Position numbers and translations under genes: made by a program. Under the pieces are notes generated by a model. That model was not told the DNA's origin. It worked only from the letters and a program-made list of their open reading frames with translations, and did no database searches. From NCBI GenBank assembly GCA_035906255.1, contig JAMIFM010000029.1, positions 50,944 through 114,943 of the forward strand: DNA of 64,000 nt, given 5' to 3'. Every line of letters begins with the position of its first letter. Within the stretch, counting starts at the first letter, position 1. Below are positions 22,761-32,226 of the stretch, piece by piece. This stretch comes from Bacteroidia bacterium. Lineage in GTDB: Bacteria; Bacteroidota; Bacteroidia; UBA8524.

Positions 22761-23416
22761 TACAATTTTGGGCCAAAAGCAAGGTCGCCTGCATCACCAA
22801 GCCCGGGTACAATATATCCGTGCGAATTTAACTCATCATCCACTGCCCCTACCCAAAAAATTGCATCGGGAAATTGCTCACTTAAAAAAGCAAGTCCTTG
22901 CCTGCTTGCAACAACAACCACAATATGTATTTGTTTTGGTTTGCCCCTGCTCATCAACGCATTCAAAGTAAACGCAATCGATTTGCCCGTAGCCAACATA
23001 GGGTCGGCAAAAATAAGAACCCTGTCATCAAGCGGCGGGGTGGCAACGTACTCAACCACCACCTCAAAAGAACTTTCATCAATGTATTTTCTATACGCTG
23101 ATATATAAGCCCTGTCAGCCTCGTCAAAAAAGTTTGCCAAGCCTTGCTGCACAGGCAGCGCAGCCCTTAGTACGCTGGCTATAACGGGAGAGTATGCCAG
23201 TACCTTGGTATGCGTTACTGCCAAAGGGGTAACTGTTTCAACCTCTTTATATTCTAACCATTTGCTCACTTCGTAGGCCATAATTTCACCTACCCGTTCC
23301 ATATTGCGGTTAAACCGCATGCGATCTTGCTGTACATTTTTGTCTCTTATCTGTGTAAGAAACTGCTGTATTATTGAGTTTTTCTCGCTTAAAACTGTAA
23401 TTTTGTTCATAGGCAC
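22760..23416 (-). CDS. upp: Uracil phosphoribosyltransferase
   Basis: PRPP-binding loop VLIFADPMLATGKS. Length of 218 aa fits. YIVPGLGDAGD near the C-terminus. Confidence 0.85.
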   Translation of the reverse strand: MPMNKITVLSEKNSIIQQFLTQIRDKNVQQDRMRFNRNMERVGEIMAYEVSKWLEYKEVETVTPLAVTHTKVLAYSPVIASVLRAALPVQQGLANFFDEADRAYISAYRKYIDESSFEVVVEYVATPPLDDRVLIFADPMLATGKSIAFTLNALMSRGKPKQIHIVVVVASRQGLAFLSEQFPDAIFWVGAVDDELNSHGYIVPGLGDAGDLAFGPKL

Positions 23417-23496
23417 AGTGTAGTTATTTGGTTAACTTGTTGTAAATCAATAACTTTTAATAGTTGGCACACTTTTGGTTTTATAACAATAAAGTT

Positions 23497-23901
23497 ATGA
23501 ATAGGATACAACAAAACATAGCAAAGATTTCAGTGGTGGTTTTGGTAACCGTTTTATCGGCGTTTACCTACCAAACTGACATTTTTGACAGTGTGGCTAC
23601 AGCAATACGCGGAAACAATGCAAAAGATGTGGCGGGATACTTTAACTCGAGTGTTGAATTAAACATTGATAACAGCGAAGGTGTGTACAGCAAAACCCAA
23701 GCTGAAATGGTACTTAAAAACTTTTTTACCCAGCACGCCTGCACCAAGTTTGATATTACCCACCGTGCCAAGTCTTATGGCAGCAACAGTTTTGCCATCG
23801 GCAGTTACAAATCGGCTTCGGGCAACTACCGTGTTACCGTTTATGTGAAAGAAATAAGCGGCAAAAACCTGATACACGAAATGAAATTTGAGAAGGAATA
23901 A
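23497..23901 (+). CDS. DUF4783-like secreted protein
   Basis: Signal-anchor, then IRGNNAKDVAGYF...VELNI...YSKTQAEMVLKNFF...YRVTVYVKE pattern. Start taken at MNRIQQ. Confidence 0.55.
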   Translation: MNRIQQNIAKISVVVLVTVLSAFTYQTDIFDSVATAIRGNNAKDVAGYFNSSVELNIDNSEGVYSKTQAEMVLKNFFTQHACTKFDITHRAKSYGSNSFAIGSYKSASGNYRVTVYVKEISGKNLIHEMKFEKE

Positions 23902-24031
23902 GCTCTTTTTCCTTCTGTCACAAAAATCAAAAACTCTTCTTTAACCTTCATTGCTTCGTAACAAATGGCGGCTGTATATGCGGTTTAGGCATAATAGTTG
24001 TACCTTGCGGTAATCACGTTTTATACAGCAG

Positions 24032-25693
24032 ATGGATACGATGAATGATTGGAAAAAGAACCTGCGATATGATATACCTGCGGGTTTGGTAGTGTTTTTA
24101 GTCGCACTCCCTTTGTGTTTGGGTATTGCCCTTGCATCAGGTGCCCCGCTTATGTCTGGCATTATTGCGGGCATTGTCGGGGGTATAGTAGTAGGCTCTC
24201 TTAGTCATTCAAATCTTAGTGTTAGTGGCCCGGCAGCAGGTCTTACTTCAATTGTACTTGCCTCTTTAGCCGAACTTAAAACGTATGAAGTTTTTTTAGT
24301 GGCAGTTGCCATAGCAGGCGTTTTGCAAATACTTTTCGGGTTGCTAAAAACAGGGGCTATTGGTAATTATGTTCCGTCGCCTGTAATTAAGGGTATGCTG
24401 GCAGCCATTGGTGTTATCCTGATACTAAAACAAATTCCGCACGCATTAGGCTATGATGCCGATTATGAGGGGGATGAGAGCTTTGAGCAACCTGATGGTA
24501 CCAACACCTTCAGCACCATTTGGTTTGCCATACGTACCTATCGTCCCGCGGCTATAATTATTACCGCAGTAACAGTGGCTATACTGATTGTATGGGAATT
24601 AAAACCGCTTAAAAAATTACTCTTTTTTCAACTGGTACCGGGTGCATTAATCGCTGTTTTGTCAGGGGTGATGATAAACAACCTTGTGTTTACGGGTATG
24701 GGTGATGGTTTTGTGCTTGACGGTAACCACTTGGCCAATATTCCTAAAAGCGCAGGTATTGGCGGATTTTTCAGCAGCCTTAGTTTTCCTGATTTTTCAG
24801 GGCTGGGCAATTTTGCTGTATGGAAAGTTGCCATAACTATTGCATTGGTAGCCAGTTTAGAATCGTTGCTGAGCGTTGAAGCAGTTGATAAAATAGACCC
24901 TGATAAAAAAATAACCTCTAAAGACCGTGAGTTGGTTGCCCAAGGAGTGGGTAATACTGTATCGGCATTTTTGGGCGGCTTGCCCATTACCGCAGTTATT
25001 GTGCGTAGTTCGGCCAATGTGAATGCAGGTGGAAAAACCCGCTTCTCAGCAATTTTTCATGGCGCACTATTATTGATAAGTGTTTTGTTTTTTGCTCCTT
25101 GGTTAAATATGATACCCCTTTCGGCATTGGCGGGTGTGTTGTTTTTTGTGGGATACAAGCTCACATCACCCACAGTGATAAAAAGTGTTACTCAAAAAGG
25201 GTATATGCAATACGTTCCGTTTTTTGTAACCATAGCGGCCATACTTTTCACCGACTTATTAGTAGGAATTTTGATTGGTATAGGCGTGGGTATGCTGTTT
25301 ACAATACGCACCAATATGCAGAAAGCGGTGGTTTTTACCCGTCATAACAACAACTACCTGCTGCGTTTTAGAAAGGATGTGTATTTTTTGAACATTAAGA
25401 ACGTAAAGGACATTTTGGCAAAGGTACCTAACAACAGTAATTTACTGATAGATACTTCGAGGGCTAACTTTATTGACCCTGATATTATTGAGTTGATTGA
25501 GGATTTTAGCTGCACGGCGGTGGCAAAAGGTATTGGTCTTGAGGTAGTGGGCAGTTTGAGTTACGTAGAGGAGAAGGCATCGTACCTGAAAATGTGCCGC
25601 GAACAGGAAAAGGGGAACAAAAATACCAAAAATACTACCGTAGGGCGCGGCACGCCTGTGCAAGAGGAACAACACATTGCGCAGAAAATTTAA
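24032..25693 (+). CDS. SulP-family anion (sulfate/bicarbonate) transporter with C-terminal STAS domain
   Basis: Multi-TM core of SulP type, with VPSPVIKGMLAAIG. Soluble tail of about 120 aa. Confidence 0.85.
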   Translation: MDTMNDWKKNLRYDIPAGLVVFLVALPLCLGIALASGAPLMSGIIAGIVGGIVVGSLSHSNLSVSGPAAGLTSIVLASLAELKTYEVFLVAVAIAGVLQILFGLLKTGAIGNYVPSPVIKGMLAAIGVILILKQIPHALGYDADYEGDESFEQPDGTNTFSTIWFAIRTYRPAAIIITAVTVAILIVWELKPLKKLLFFQLVPGALIAVLSGVMINNLVFTGMGDGFVLDGNHLANIPKSAGIGGFFSSLSFPDFSGLGNFAVWKVAITIALVASLESLLSVEAVDKIDPDKKITSKDRELVAQGVGNTVSAFLGGLPITAVIVRSSANVNAGGKTRFSAIFHGALLLISVLFFAPWLNMIPLSALAGVLFFVGYKLTSPTVIKSVTQKGYMQYVPFFVTIAAILFTDLLVGILIGIGVGMLFTIRTNMQKAVVFTRHNNNYLLRFRKDVYFLNIKNVKDILAKVPNNSNLLIDTSRANFIDPDIIELIEDFSCTAVAKGIGLEVVGSLSYVEEKASYLKMCREQEKGNKNTKNTTVGRGTPVQEEQHIAQKI

Positions 25694-25715
25694 CAAACAA
25701 AACACTGAAAACTAA

Positions 25716-26360
25716 ATGGATATAATTGATAAGATATTTTTACAAAACAAGGCGTGGGCAGAAGATAAACTGCACGATGACCCGAACTTTTTTAACACGC
25801 TGAAATCAGGCCAGCAACCCGATTTTTTTTGGATTGGATGTTCGGATAGCCGTGTGCCTGCCAATGAGATTACCAACACTGCTTCAGGACAAATATTTGT
25901 GCACCGCAATATTGCCAATATGGTGGTGAATACGGATATGAATTTAATGAGCGGGTTGCAATTTGCTATTGAAGAGCTAAAAGTGAAACACGTGATTGTT
26001 TGCGGTCACTATGGTTGTGGGGGCGTTAAAGCAGCCCTTTCGAACAAACATCACGGATTGATAAATAAATGGATACGCAACATAAAAGATGTGTACCGTT
26101 TGCACCGCGATGAGATTGACAGTGTACCCAACGATGAAAGAAGGGTGAATAAATTGGTTGACTTAAATGTGATTGAGCAAACCCATAACGTGTCAAAAAC
26201 CTCTATTGTGCAGCAAGCATGGCTAAACGGCGAAGGCCCGCATTTGCACGGGTGGGTATATGACCTTGGGGATGGTTTGCTAAAAAGCCTAATTCATATC
26301 AAACCGGGCGACCCCATTGACCCTATTTATAGATTTTCGGATTTAGAGGCTGACGATTAA
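25716..26360 (+). CDS. can: Beta-class carbonic anhydrase
   Basis: WIGCSDSRVP, FVHRNIANMV, VCGHYGCGGV. Collinear with the E. coli Can pattern. Confidence 0.9.
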   Translation: MDIIDKIFLQNKAWAEDKLHDDPNFFNTLKSGQQPDFFWIGCSDSRVPANEITNTASGQIFVHRNIANMVVNTDMNLMSGLQFAIEELKVKHVIVCGHYGCGGVKAALSNKHHGLINKWIRNIKDVYRLHRDEIDSVPNDERRVNKLVDLNVIEQTHNVSKTSIVQQAWLNGEGPHLHGWVYDLGDGLLKSLIHIKPGDPIDPIYRFSDLEADD

Positions 26361-26399
26361 TATTACATCTCGTCATAACTGATTAAAGCCATCATACCG

Positions 26400-26760
26400 A
26401 CAGGCATAAAGTCTGTTTTACCTTTCCCTACCCTTCTGCCCTTCGACAAGCTGTGTGCTGTGGCCACACGATTGCCCCTGAGCATTGAGGCTGTCATGCT
26501 GAACGATATGAAGCATTTTATCCATCTTTAACACATTTGCAATAAGGTTCTTCGCTATCGCTCGGAATGGCAGGGCAGGTACATCTCCCTTAGTCCCCCT
26601 TTGCGGGTAGAAATACTGAGCTTGTCAAAGTTGCGCGTGGGACAGGAGATTTACAGGAGGTTGAAAAGTGAGATTCCCGCCTGCGCGGGAATAACTTGCT
26701 CCCACCCATTTGCTTCGGCTCAAAAAGATTGCTTCGGGAGACCTCGCAATGACGATATAT
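26400..26760. repeat. Mosaic of short intergenic hairpin repeats
   Basis: Contains CTTCGACAAGCTG, GTCATGCTGAACGATATGAAGCAT, TTCGCTATCGCTCGGAATGGCA, CTCCCTTAGTCCCCC and ATTCCCGCCTGCGCGGGAAT. These modules recur at 21.1, 40.0 and 56.4 kb. Confidence 0.7.
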
Positions 26761-26766
26761 TGTGTA

Positions 26767-28323
26767 CTACCTCGGCGTTAGCGTAATCACAGGGCACATC
26801 ATTTCTTCAAGGCTTATACCGCCGTGCTGAAACGTGCCTTTGTAATAATTTACGTAGTAATTGTAGTTATTTGGGTAGGCAAAAAAGCTGTAATTATCAG
26901 CAAAGGCAAATGTTGAGCTAACGTGCAACTTTGGTAAAAAAGCATCGGCGGGGTTGCGCACCTCAAAAGCATCACCTTTATCGTAATTAAGGTTTTTACC
27001 TTGTTTGTAGCGCAGGTTGGTATTGGTATTGCGGTCGCCTATAATTTTCACGGGGTCTTTTACGCGCACACTGCCGTGGTCGGTAGTTATTACCAGTTTT
27101 ATCTTTTTCTCGGCAATTTTTTTCAATGCTTCCCAAAGCGGAGAATGCTCAAACCACGATTTGGTAACCGAACGGTAGGCCGCTTCGTCCTCGCTAAGTT
27201 CGCGCATCAGGCTCACATCGGTTCGGGCGTGGCTAAGGGCATCGACAAAGTTGTAAACTATTACGTTTAACCGGTTGCTCATCATATTCATGATGTTTTC
27301 AGCCATGTCTTTACCCCCCTCAAGGTTGGTAACTTTTGTGTAGCTGGTTTTTATGTTACGGCGCAGGCGTTGCAAATAATCGTTCAAAAATTCAAGTTCG
27401 TGCAGGTTTTTACCGCCCTCATCCTCGTCATTACTCCACAATTTGGGGAAACGCTTTTCCATATCGCTGGGCAATAACCCTGAGAAGATTGAATTGCGTG
27501 CATATTGTGTGGTAGTTGGTAAGATAGCCATGTACAGGTCTTCATCCTCCACCCTGAACATTTCGGCAATAATGGGCTGTATCACCTTCCATTGGTCGTA
27601 GCGCAGGTTATCAATCAATAAAAAGAAAACAGGCTCGTCGCTGCCGTCAAGCAACGGCAATACCTTTTTGCGCAATAAAGTGTTGCTCATCACAGGCTTG
27701 CTGTCATCGTCGCTTTTCAGAAACTTTAAGTAGTTATCTTTTATAAAGCGCGAGAAGTTGTGATTAGCATCCGTCCGTTGGGTTTCAAGCACCTCTTGCA
27801 TCCCCTCTTCGCCCGTTTGGCTCAGTTCCAAGTCCCAATACACCAACTTGCGGTATATATTCTTCCACTCCTCAAAATCCATACGATCCATAAACGCCAT
27901 ACTGATAGCCCTAAACTCCTGCTGGTAGCCCATTGCCGTTTTTTCGCTTACCAAACGTTTGTTGTCAATCAGCTTTTTAAGCGAAAGCAGTATTTGGTTG
28001 GGGTTAACGGGTTTTATCAGGTAATCGGCAATTTTACTGCCGATGGCATCCTCCATTATGTGTTCTTCTTCGCTTTTGGTAATCATTACCACCGGAATTA
28101 GCGGGAAATCGGCTTTTATGCGGCTAAGGGCTTCAAGGCCACTTATACCGGGCATATTTTCATCAAGAAAAATTACGTCAAAGTGTTGCTTTTGAGTTTC
28201 TTCAATGGCATCAATACCATTGGTAACGGTAACTACGTCGTAGCCTTTGCTTTTCAGGAACAAGATGTGGGGCTTCAGCACATCTATTTCATCATCGGCC
28301 CAAAGTATTTTTGCGTTACTCAT
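26767..28323 (-). CDS. porX: PorX-type T9SS response regulator (CheY receiver + PglZ/alkaline-phosphatase-like domain)
   Basis: ILWADDEIDVLKPHILFLKSKGY...FLDENMPGISGLE receiver. C-terminal PglZ-like region with TTDHGS. 518 aa. Confidence 0.8.
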   Translation of the reverse strand: MSNAKILWADDEIDVLKPHILFLKSKGYDVVTVTNGIDAIEETQKQHFDVIFLDENMPGISGLEALSRIKADFPLIPVVMITKSEEEHIMEDAIGSKIADYLIKPVNPNQILLSLKKLIDNKRLVSEKTAMGYQQEFRAISMAFMDRMDFEEWKNIYRKLVYWDLELSQTGEEGMQEVLETQRTDANHNFSRFIKDNYLKFLKSDDDSKPVMSNTLLRKKVLPLLDGSDEPVFFLLIDNLRYDQWKVIQPIIAEMFRVEDEDLYMAILPTTTQYARNSIFSGLLPSDMEKRFPKLWSNDEDEGGKNLHELEFLNDYLQRLRRNIKTSYTKVTNLEGGKDMAENIMNMMSNRLNVIVYNFVDALSHARTDVSLMRELSEDEAAYRSVTKSWFEHSPLWEALKKIAEKKIKLVITTDHGSVRVKDPVKIIGDRNTNTNLRYKQGKNLNYDKGDAFEVRNPADAFLPKLHVSSTFAFADNYSFFAYPNNYNYYVNYYKGTFQHGGISLEEMMCPVITLTPR

Positions 28324-28340
28324 AGTTTACTCGTTTGTTG

Positions 28341-28348
28341 CAAAGGTA
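28341..28348 (-). promoter_or_regulatory. -7 promoter box TACCTTTG (minus strand)
   Basis: CAAAGGTA on the plus strand, 18 nt upstream of the porX ATG. Confidence 0.45.
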
Positions 28349-28405
28349 ACGAAGAATCGGGCTTTTTATTTGAAGGTAAAGTGTGATAATCTGCAATTGC
28401 GTCAA

Positions 28406-28975
28406 TCACCGCCTGAAAAGAAAATCAAGCACATCGTTTAGCAACTCATTTAATAAGTAAAGGATATAGATAAGCAGTGCCAAGCCCAGAATAAATACCA
28501 ACCAAGCCAACCCGATTGAAATAAGCCACTCTACAAAAATGTAAATAAGAATTATAACAATAAAAACGACTATGTACAATACGAACTCACCCAAGCCGGT
28601 ATCCCAAAAATCTTCAAAAAATGAACTGCTGTTTTGAGTTTGATTTTCTTTTGTATTATTAATTGATTTTGCTTTGATTTTTGAGTTTTGTGTTGTTGTT
28701 TTTTTTGCTGATGAGACAGGTTGTTCGGCCTGTTTTTTAATTGCGGGTATTTGAGGCAAAGCAACGGTAGGGGCATTTATTATTTGCTTAGGTTGTATTA
28801 TAGGTAAGGTTGTTTTTACGAATAAGGTTATTTGTTTTTTGGCAGTTTTGCGTTTAGCCGTTTGTTCTTTTTTTGGCTGTGCTTTTACTTTGGGTATGCG
28901 GCCAAACCTCTTGCTGCTGCAACTGCTTGACAGTATTAAAACAGCAACCGATGTAATAAGTATATTGTTTTTCAT
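28406..28975 (-). CDS. Low-complexity K/Q/T-rich lipoprotein-like membrane protein
   Basis: Lipobox LSSSC. Long K/Q/T-rich linker. C-terminal pair of hydrophobic helices. Confidence 0.55.
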   Translation of the reverse strand: MKNNILITSVAVLILSSSCSSKRFGRIPKVKAQPKKEQTAKRKTAKKQITLFVKTTLPIIQPKQIINAPTVALPQIPAIKKQAEQPVSSAKKTTTQNSKIKAKSINNTKENQTQNSSSFFEDFWDTGLGEFVLYIVVFIVIILIYIFVEWLISIGLAWLVFILGLALLIYILYLLNELLNDVLDFLFRR

Positions 28976-28992
28976 AACTGTTGGTGGTTAAA

Positions 28993-29026
28993 GCCCCCTT
29001 TTCCGAAATATATCAAAAAAGGGGGC
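28993..29026. terminator. Strong hairpin terminator
   Basis: GCCCCCTTTT / AAAAGGGGGC 10-bp stem with T-runs on both strands. Confidence 0.7.
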
Positions 29027-29034
29027 GTATATTT

Positions 29035-30165
29035 TTACTTTGAATAATCTGTTCTTTTGGCATTGAAACCGAAGGTAATACCTGCACGCCAGTTATCGCG
29101 AGCGGGAACTACATAGATGTTTACAGGGATATTAACCCTGCCCGATTTAAATGATTTACCTACGGCAAACACAAAACCTGAGCTAAACTCGAGTTTACCA
29201 CGTGCATCCAGTTGTTTTTCGGTTTCTACAGGGATGGGTAGCAGTTTGCCGTTACTGTCTCTTTTGTCCCAATCCTGCACGCGTACCCACTTATTTTCGT
29301 AATAAAAACCTTCGGCTTTGGGTATAAGGCTGATGGTTGGACCAAAGGCAAACTCCCAACCGCTTTTATTGCTGCGGAAACCGTGCAAAAAAGTCATAGA
29401 GGGGCTAAACATCCCTTGGTCTAACCCGTTAATAGCCGGAATTAATTCAAACAATGCCTGAAAGTTACCCGAGTTTAGGTATTGAAATTCTTTTTGATAC
29501 CCGAACATGGTCATAAAAGGGTTGGCATTATAACCGCCTTGGTTGGTAGGGGCACTTAGCCTTCTTGCTGTGGGGCCTCCTAAGTATGTAATCCCTGTGC
29601 GTGGGCCGCTAAGTACCAGTTTGGTTACACCGGGGTTGTTCACTTCGCTTTCATAAGCCTCTTCTTTTGATAAGGTTCGATAGGTAAGTTCATTGTACGA
29701 TAAGCCCCAAAACTTGCGCACGCTCATGTGTATCATATTGGGTAATTCTTCGGGGATGTTTTGAAACTCCAATACCTGCGATTTTTCGAGTGTATTATCC
29801 TTTACGTTAAACAATCGCATAATTACTATGATATGCTTGCCGTAATTCTCAATACTGCCGCTAAGGGCTTTAGATGCGTTTAAATAATGTGCTGCCTGCA
29901 TAATGCAGCTTTTGCCGAAGCAAGTATCTAATTTTAAGCGTTGGGCTGAAAGAATGCCTTTCAAATCTTGGCGGTTAATCACCTCAAACTGGTCGGTTTT
30001 TTCAACTTCAAGCCTAAACAGGTTTCCGCAATCATCAGAGCTGTAGGTTACATTAAGGGCTTCAAAGTTTAGTACCGCTATTACGGGTTTTTGAGCGAAG
30101 GTGGTGTTGGCAGTAAAAACTGCTACTGCAAATGCTATCAGGGTAAAAAGGTTTTTTGCTTTCAT
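29035..30165 (-). CDS. Secreted / outer-membrane-associated protein (376 aa), unknown function
   Basis: Signal peptide ending TFAQ. N-terminal domain of the IAVLNFE type. Beta-rich C-terminal half. Confidence 0.55.
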   Translation of the reverse strand: MKAKNLFTLIAFAVAVFTANTTFAQKPVIAVLNFEALNVTYSSDDCGNLFRLEVEKTDQFEVINRQDLKGILSAQRLKLDTCFGKSCIMQAAHYLNASKALSGSIENYGKHIIVIMRLFNVKDNTLEKSQVLEFQNIPEELPNMIHMSVRKFWGLSYNELTYRTLSKEEAYESEVNNPGVTKLVLSGPRTGITYLGGPTARRLSAPTNQGGYNANPFMTMFGYQKEFQYLNSGNFQALFELIPAINGLDQGMFSPSMTFLHGFRSNKSGWEFAFGPTISLIPKAEGFYYENKWVRVQDWDKRDSNGKLLPIPVETEKQLDARGKLEFSSGFVFAVGKSFKSGRVNIPVNIYVVPARDNWRAGITFGFNAKRTDYSK

Positions 30166-30442
30166 GGTATTTGTTTTTTTGATGAAGCAAAGTTGACTCT
30201 TACCAACCCCTTATTTAAAAGGCTTACTGCAAGCTGTGTATTTTGTTTTAGTGTTTTTTGCGGGTACGCGATAAGAACTCAATAAGTAGTTGCAAAAATT
30301 GCAAATCAACATTTCTACGAGGGTGTTTTTGGCGTTTAGTCGTATTTTGGGGATGCTCTCGGCGCGTATTAAGCCTACATTTTTTAGAGAGGGTGTTGCA
30401 AAAGTCTATTTTCACCTAAACGGCGAATGAACATACTCATGC

Positions 30443-30501
30443 TGCCACAAAGGCACGAAGACGCAAAGCATTTGTATTACGAACTTATTGACTTTGTGGC
30501 A
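30443..30501. repeat. Inverted repeat TGCCACAAAG...CTTTGTGGCA
   Basis: 10-bp arms with a 39-nt spacer inside a 470-bp ORF-free gap. Confidence 0.55.
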
Positions 30502-30635
30502 AAATAAGCAGCAAGCATTTTCAGTTCAACAAAACGCGAAAGAAATGTAGTTTTAACTTTTGAGACCATCCTACACGACTTAATGGAGCAGGATTTTATA
30601 TTCTGCATTACAACGGGTTTTATCCGTTATTGCTA

Positions 30636-31025
30636 TTAAACCAAATAGGGAAAAAAGACTAATACGCCGATAACTGCGGCAGTTATAGCGGCTATTAAAA
30701 CAGCTCCGGCGGCAACATCTTTTACCCAGCCTGCCTTTGGGTTTTGTTGGGGCGAAACTAAATCTACCAGTTTTTCAATGGCACTGTTTATTGCTTCGGC
30801 CACTAATACAATGCCGATGGCAAGGATTATAAACAACCACTCGGTGCGGGTAATATCAAAAACAAAGCCTGCTATTATAACTGCGATGGCCGCAAACGAA
30901 TGAAAGCGGAAATTAAACTCTGATGAGAGTACTTTGGCAATGCCCGAAAAGGCATACTTAAAAGAGGTAAGAAACTTTGTGGGGGTTGTATGGCTACCCT
31001 GCTTACGCATTTTTTTGCAAGGCAA
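30636..31025 (-). CDS. dgkA: Prokaryotic diacylglycerol/undecaprenol kinase family protein
   Basis: FKYAFSGI, three TM helices, EAINSAIEKLVD. The start may be the ATG at 31010. Confidence 0.75.
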   Translation of the reverse strand: MPCKKMRKQGSHTTPTKFLTSFKYAFSGIAKVLSSEFNFRFHSFAAIAVIIAGFVFDITRTEWLFIILAIGIVLVAEAINSAIEKLVDLVSPQQNPKAGWVKDVAAGAVLIAAITAAVIGVLVFFPYLV

Positions 31026-31491
31026 TCATTTGCAAGGCAGTAGCAGCAGCTTCAACTCCTTTATTGCCATGCTTACCTCCTGAACGGTCTAATGCCTGTT
31101 GTTGGTTATCAGTAGTTAATACTCCAAAAATTACAGGTTTATTATGGTTTAGTCCCACGTTCATAATGCCGTTGGCGGCTGCATCGCAAATAAAATCAAA
31201 GTGGCGGGTTTCGCCCTGTATCACACAACCGATAGTAATAACGGCATCAATGCCTTCTTTTTTTGCCAGTAGTTGTGCGCCCAAGGCCAACTCAAAAGTA
31301 CCGGGCACATATACCGTAGTAATGTTTTTGGCCTTTACACCGTTTTCGGTAAGGCATTCAACCGCACCTTTCAGCAAGGCACCCGTAACTTCTTCGTTCC
31401 ATTTAGAAACAACAATGCCCACGCGGTATTTGATTCCGTTGGGCAGTTGTGCGGCATCAATAGCCGATAAATTTTTGAGGCTGGTAGCCAT
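31003..31491 (-). CDS. ribH: 6,7-dimethyl-8-ribityllumazine synthase
   Basis: RVGIVVSKWNEEVT, VPGTFELA, GCVIQGETRHFDF, GNKGVEAA. Confidence 0.9.
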   Translation of the reverse strand: MATSLKNLSAIDAAQLPNGIKYRVGIVVSKWNEEVTGALLKGAVECLTENGVKAKNITTVYVPGTFELALGAQLLAKKEGIDAVITIGCVIQGETRHFDFICDAAANGIMNVGLNHNKPVIFGVLTTDNQQQALDRSGGKHGNKGVEAAATALQMIALQKNA

Positions 31492-31499
31492 CGTATGTC

Positions 31500-32201
31500 T
31501 TAAAAATCAAAGCTGTTAACGCCTGCTTTTGCACTGGCACGTGCAATGTATTTTTCAATATCGCGGGCGGTTTCGCTTTCGTTAAACTCTTTCTTAATGC
31601 GGGTGTAAGTAGCTGCTGCCTCTTTGTGTTTACCAAGGTTTTCTTGTACCAGTCCCAGTTTTTTCAGCATCACAGGGGTTGAATATGGGTTGGCAGAAAA
31701 GTTGGCCGCTTTTTGGTAGCTGCTTTCTGCTTCATCCATATTACCCAATTCGCTTTGGCAATCGCCAACAAGACCGATAACCATCGGGCGAATTAGCTCA
31801 TCATCTAATTTAAATTTTTCAAGGTAAGTAAGGGCTGTGGTATAATCACCTTTAACCATATAGGCTTTGCCGGCCATCAATGCTGCTTTTTGTGCAGCTT
31901 TTGTACCGCTGTACTCTTCTACAAATTCAATAGCTCCAATAGGCTCTTCAGCTTTTGGGTTGCCATTCAATACCAAATCAAAAGAGTCTTTTGAAAAATA
32001 ATACTCCATCATCCAAAGCCTCGAGTTGGCTTCGGCCTCTTTAGTATCATTCATATAGGTAAGACCAAAAAAACCGACAATAGCCAGCACCAACACACCG
32101 GCTCCAATTTGCACGGCACGTTTATTTTTTTGGTAAAACTGTTCAACCTTGCTTACGCCGCCGCCCAGTTGTTCATCAATAGTTTCTTTTATTTCGCTCA
32201 T
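31500..32201 (-). CDS. Membrane-anchored TPR-repeat protein (YfgM-like architecture)
   Basis: One N-terminal TM helix, then TPR-like helical repeats. Confidence 0.6.
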   Translation of the reverse strand: MSEIKETIDEQLGGGVSKVEQFYQKNKRAVQIGAGVLVLAIVGFFGLTYMNDTKEAEANSRLWMMEYYFSKDSFDLVLNGNPKAEEPIGAIEFVEEYSGTKAAQKAALMAGKAYMVKGDYTTALTYLEKFKLDDELIRPMVIGLVGDCQSELGNMDEAESSYQKAANFSANPYSTPVMLKKLGLVQENLGKHKEAAATYTRIKKEFNESETARDIEKYIARASAKAGVNSFDF

Positions 32202-32226
32202 TGTGTTGTTTCTCTACGGTTTGGGG

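Noticed and set aside
26767-28323. PglZ-like domain as a marker of a BREX defence system
   Set aside because: The domain is fused to a CheY receiver in the PorX architecture. No pglX, brxC or brxL-type genes are nearby.
30977-31519. 180-aa ORF antisense to ribH, and other long antisense ORFs (43997-44602, 33609-34118, 5147-5584, 11860-12270, 54244-54606)
   Set aside because: Each is fully antisense to a gene with clear family motifs or paralogue support. Their compositions are skewed (S/C/F-rich or low complexity), with no independent signal.
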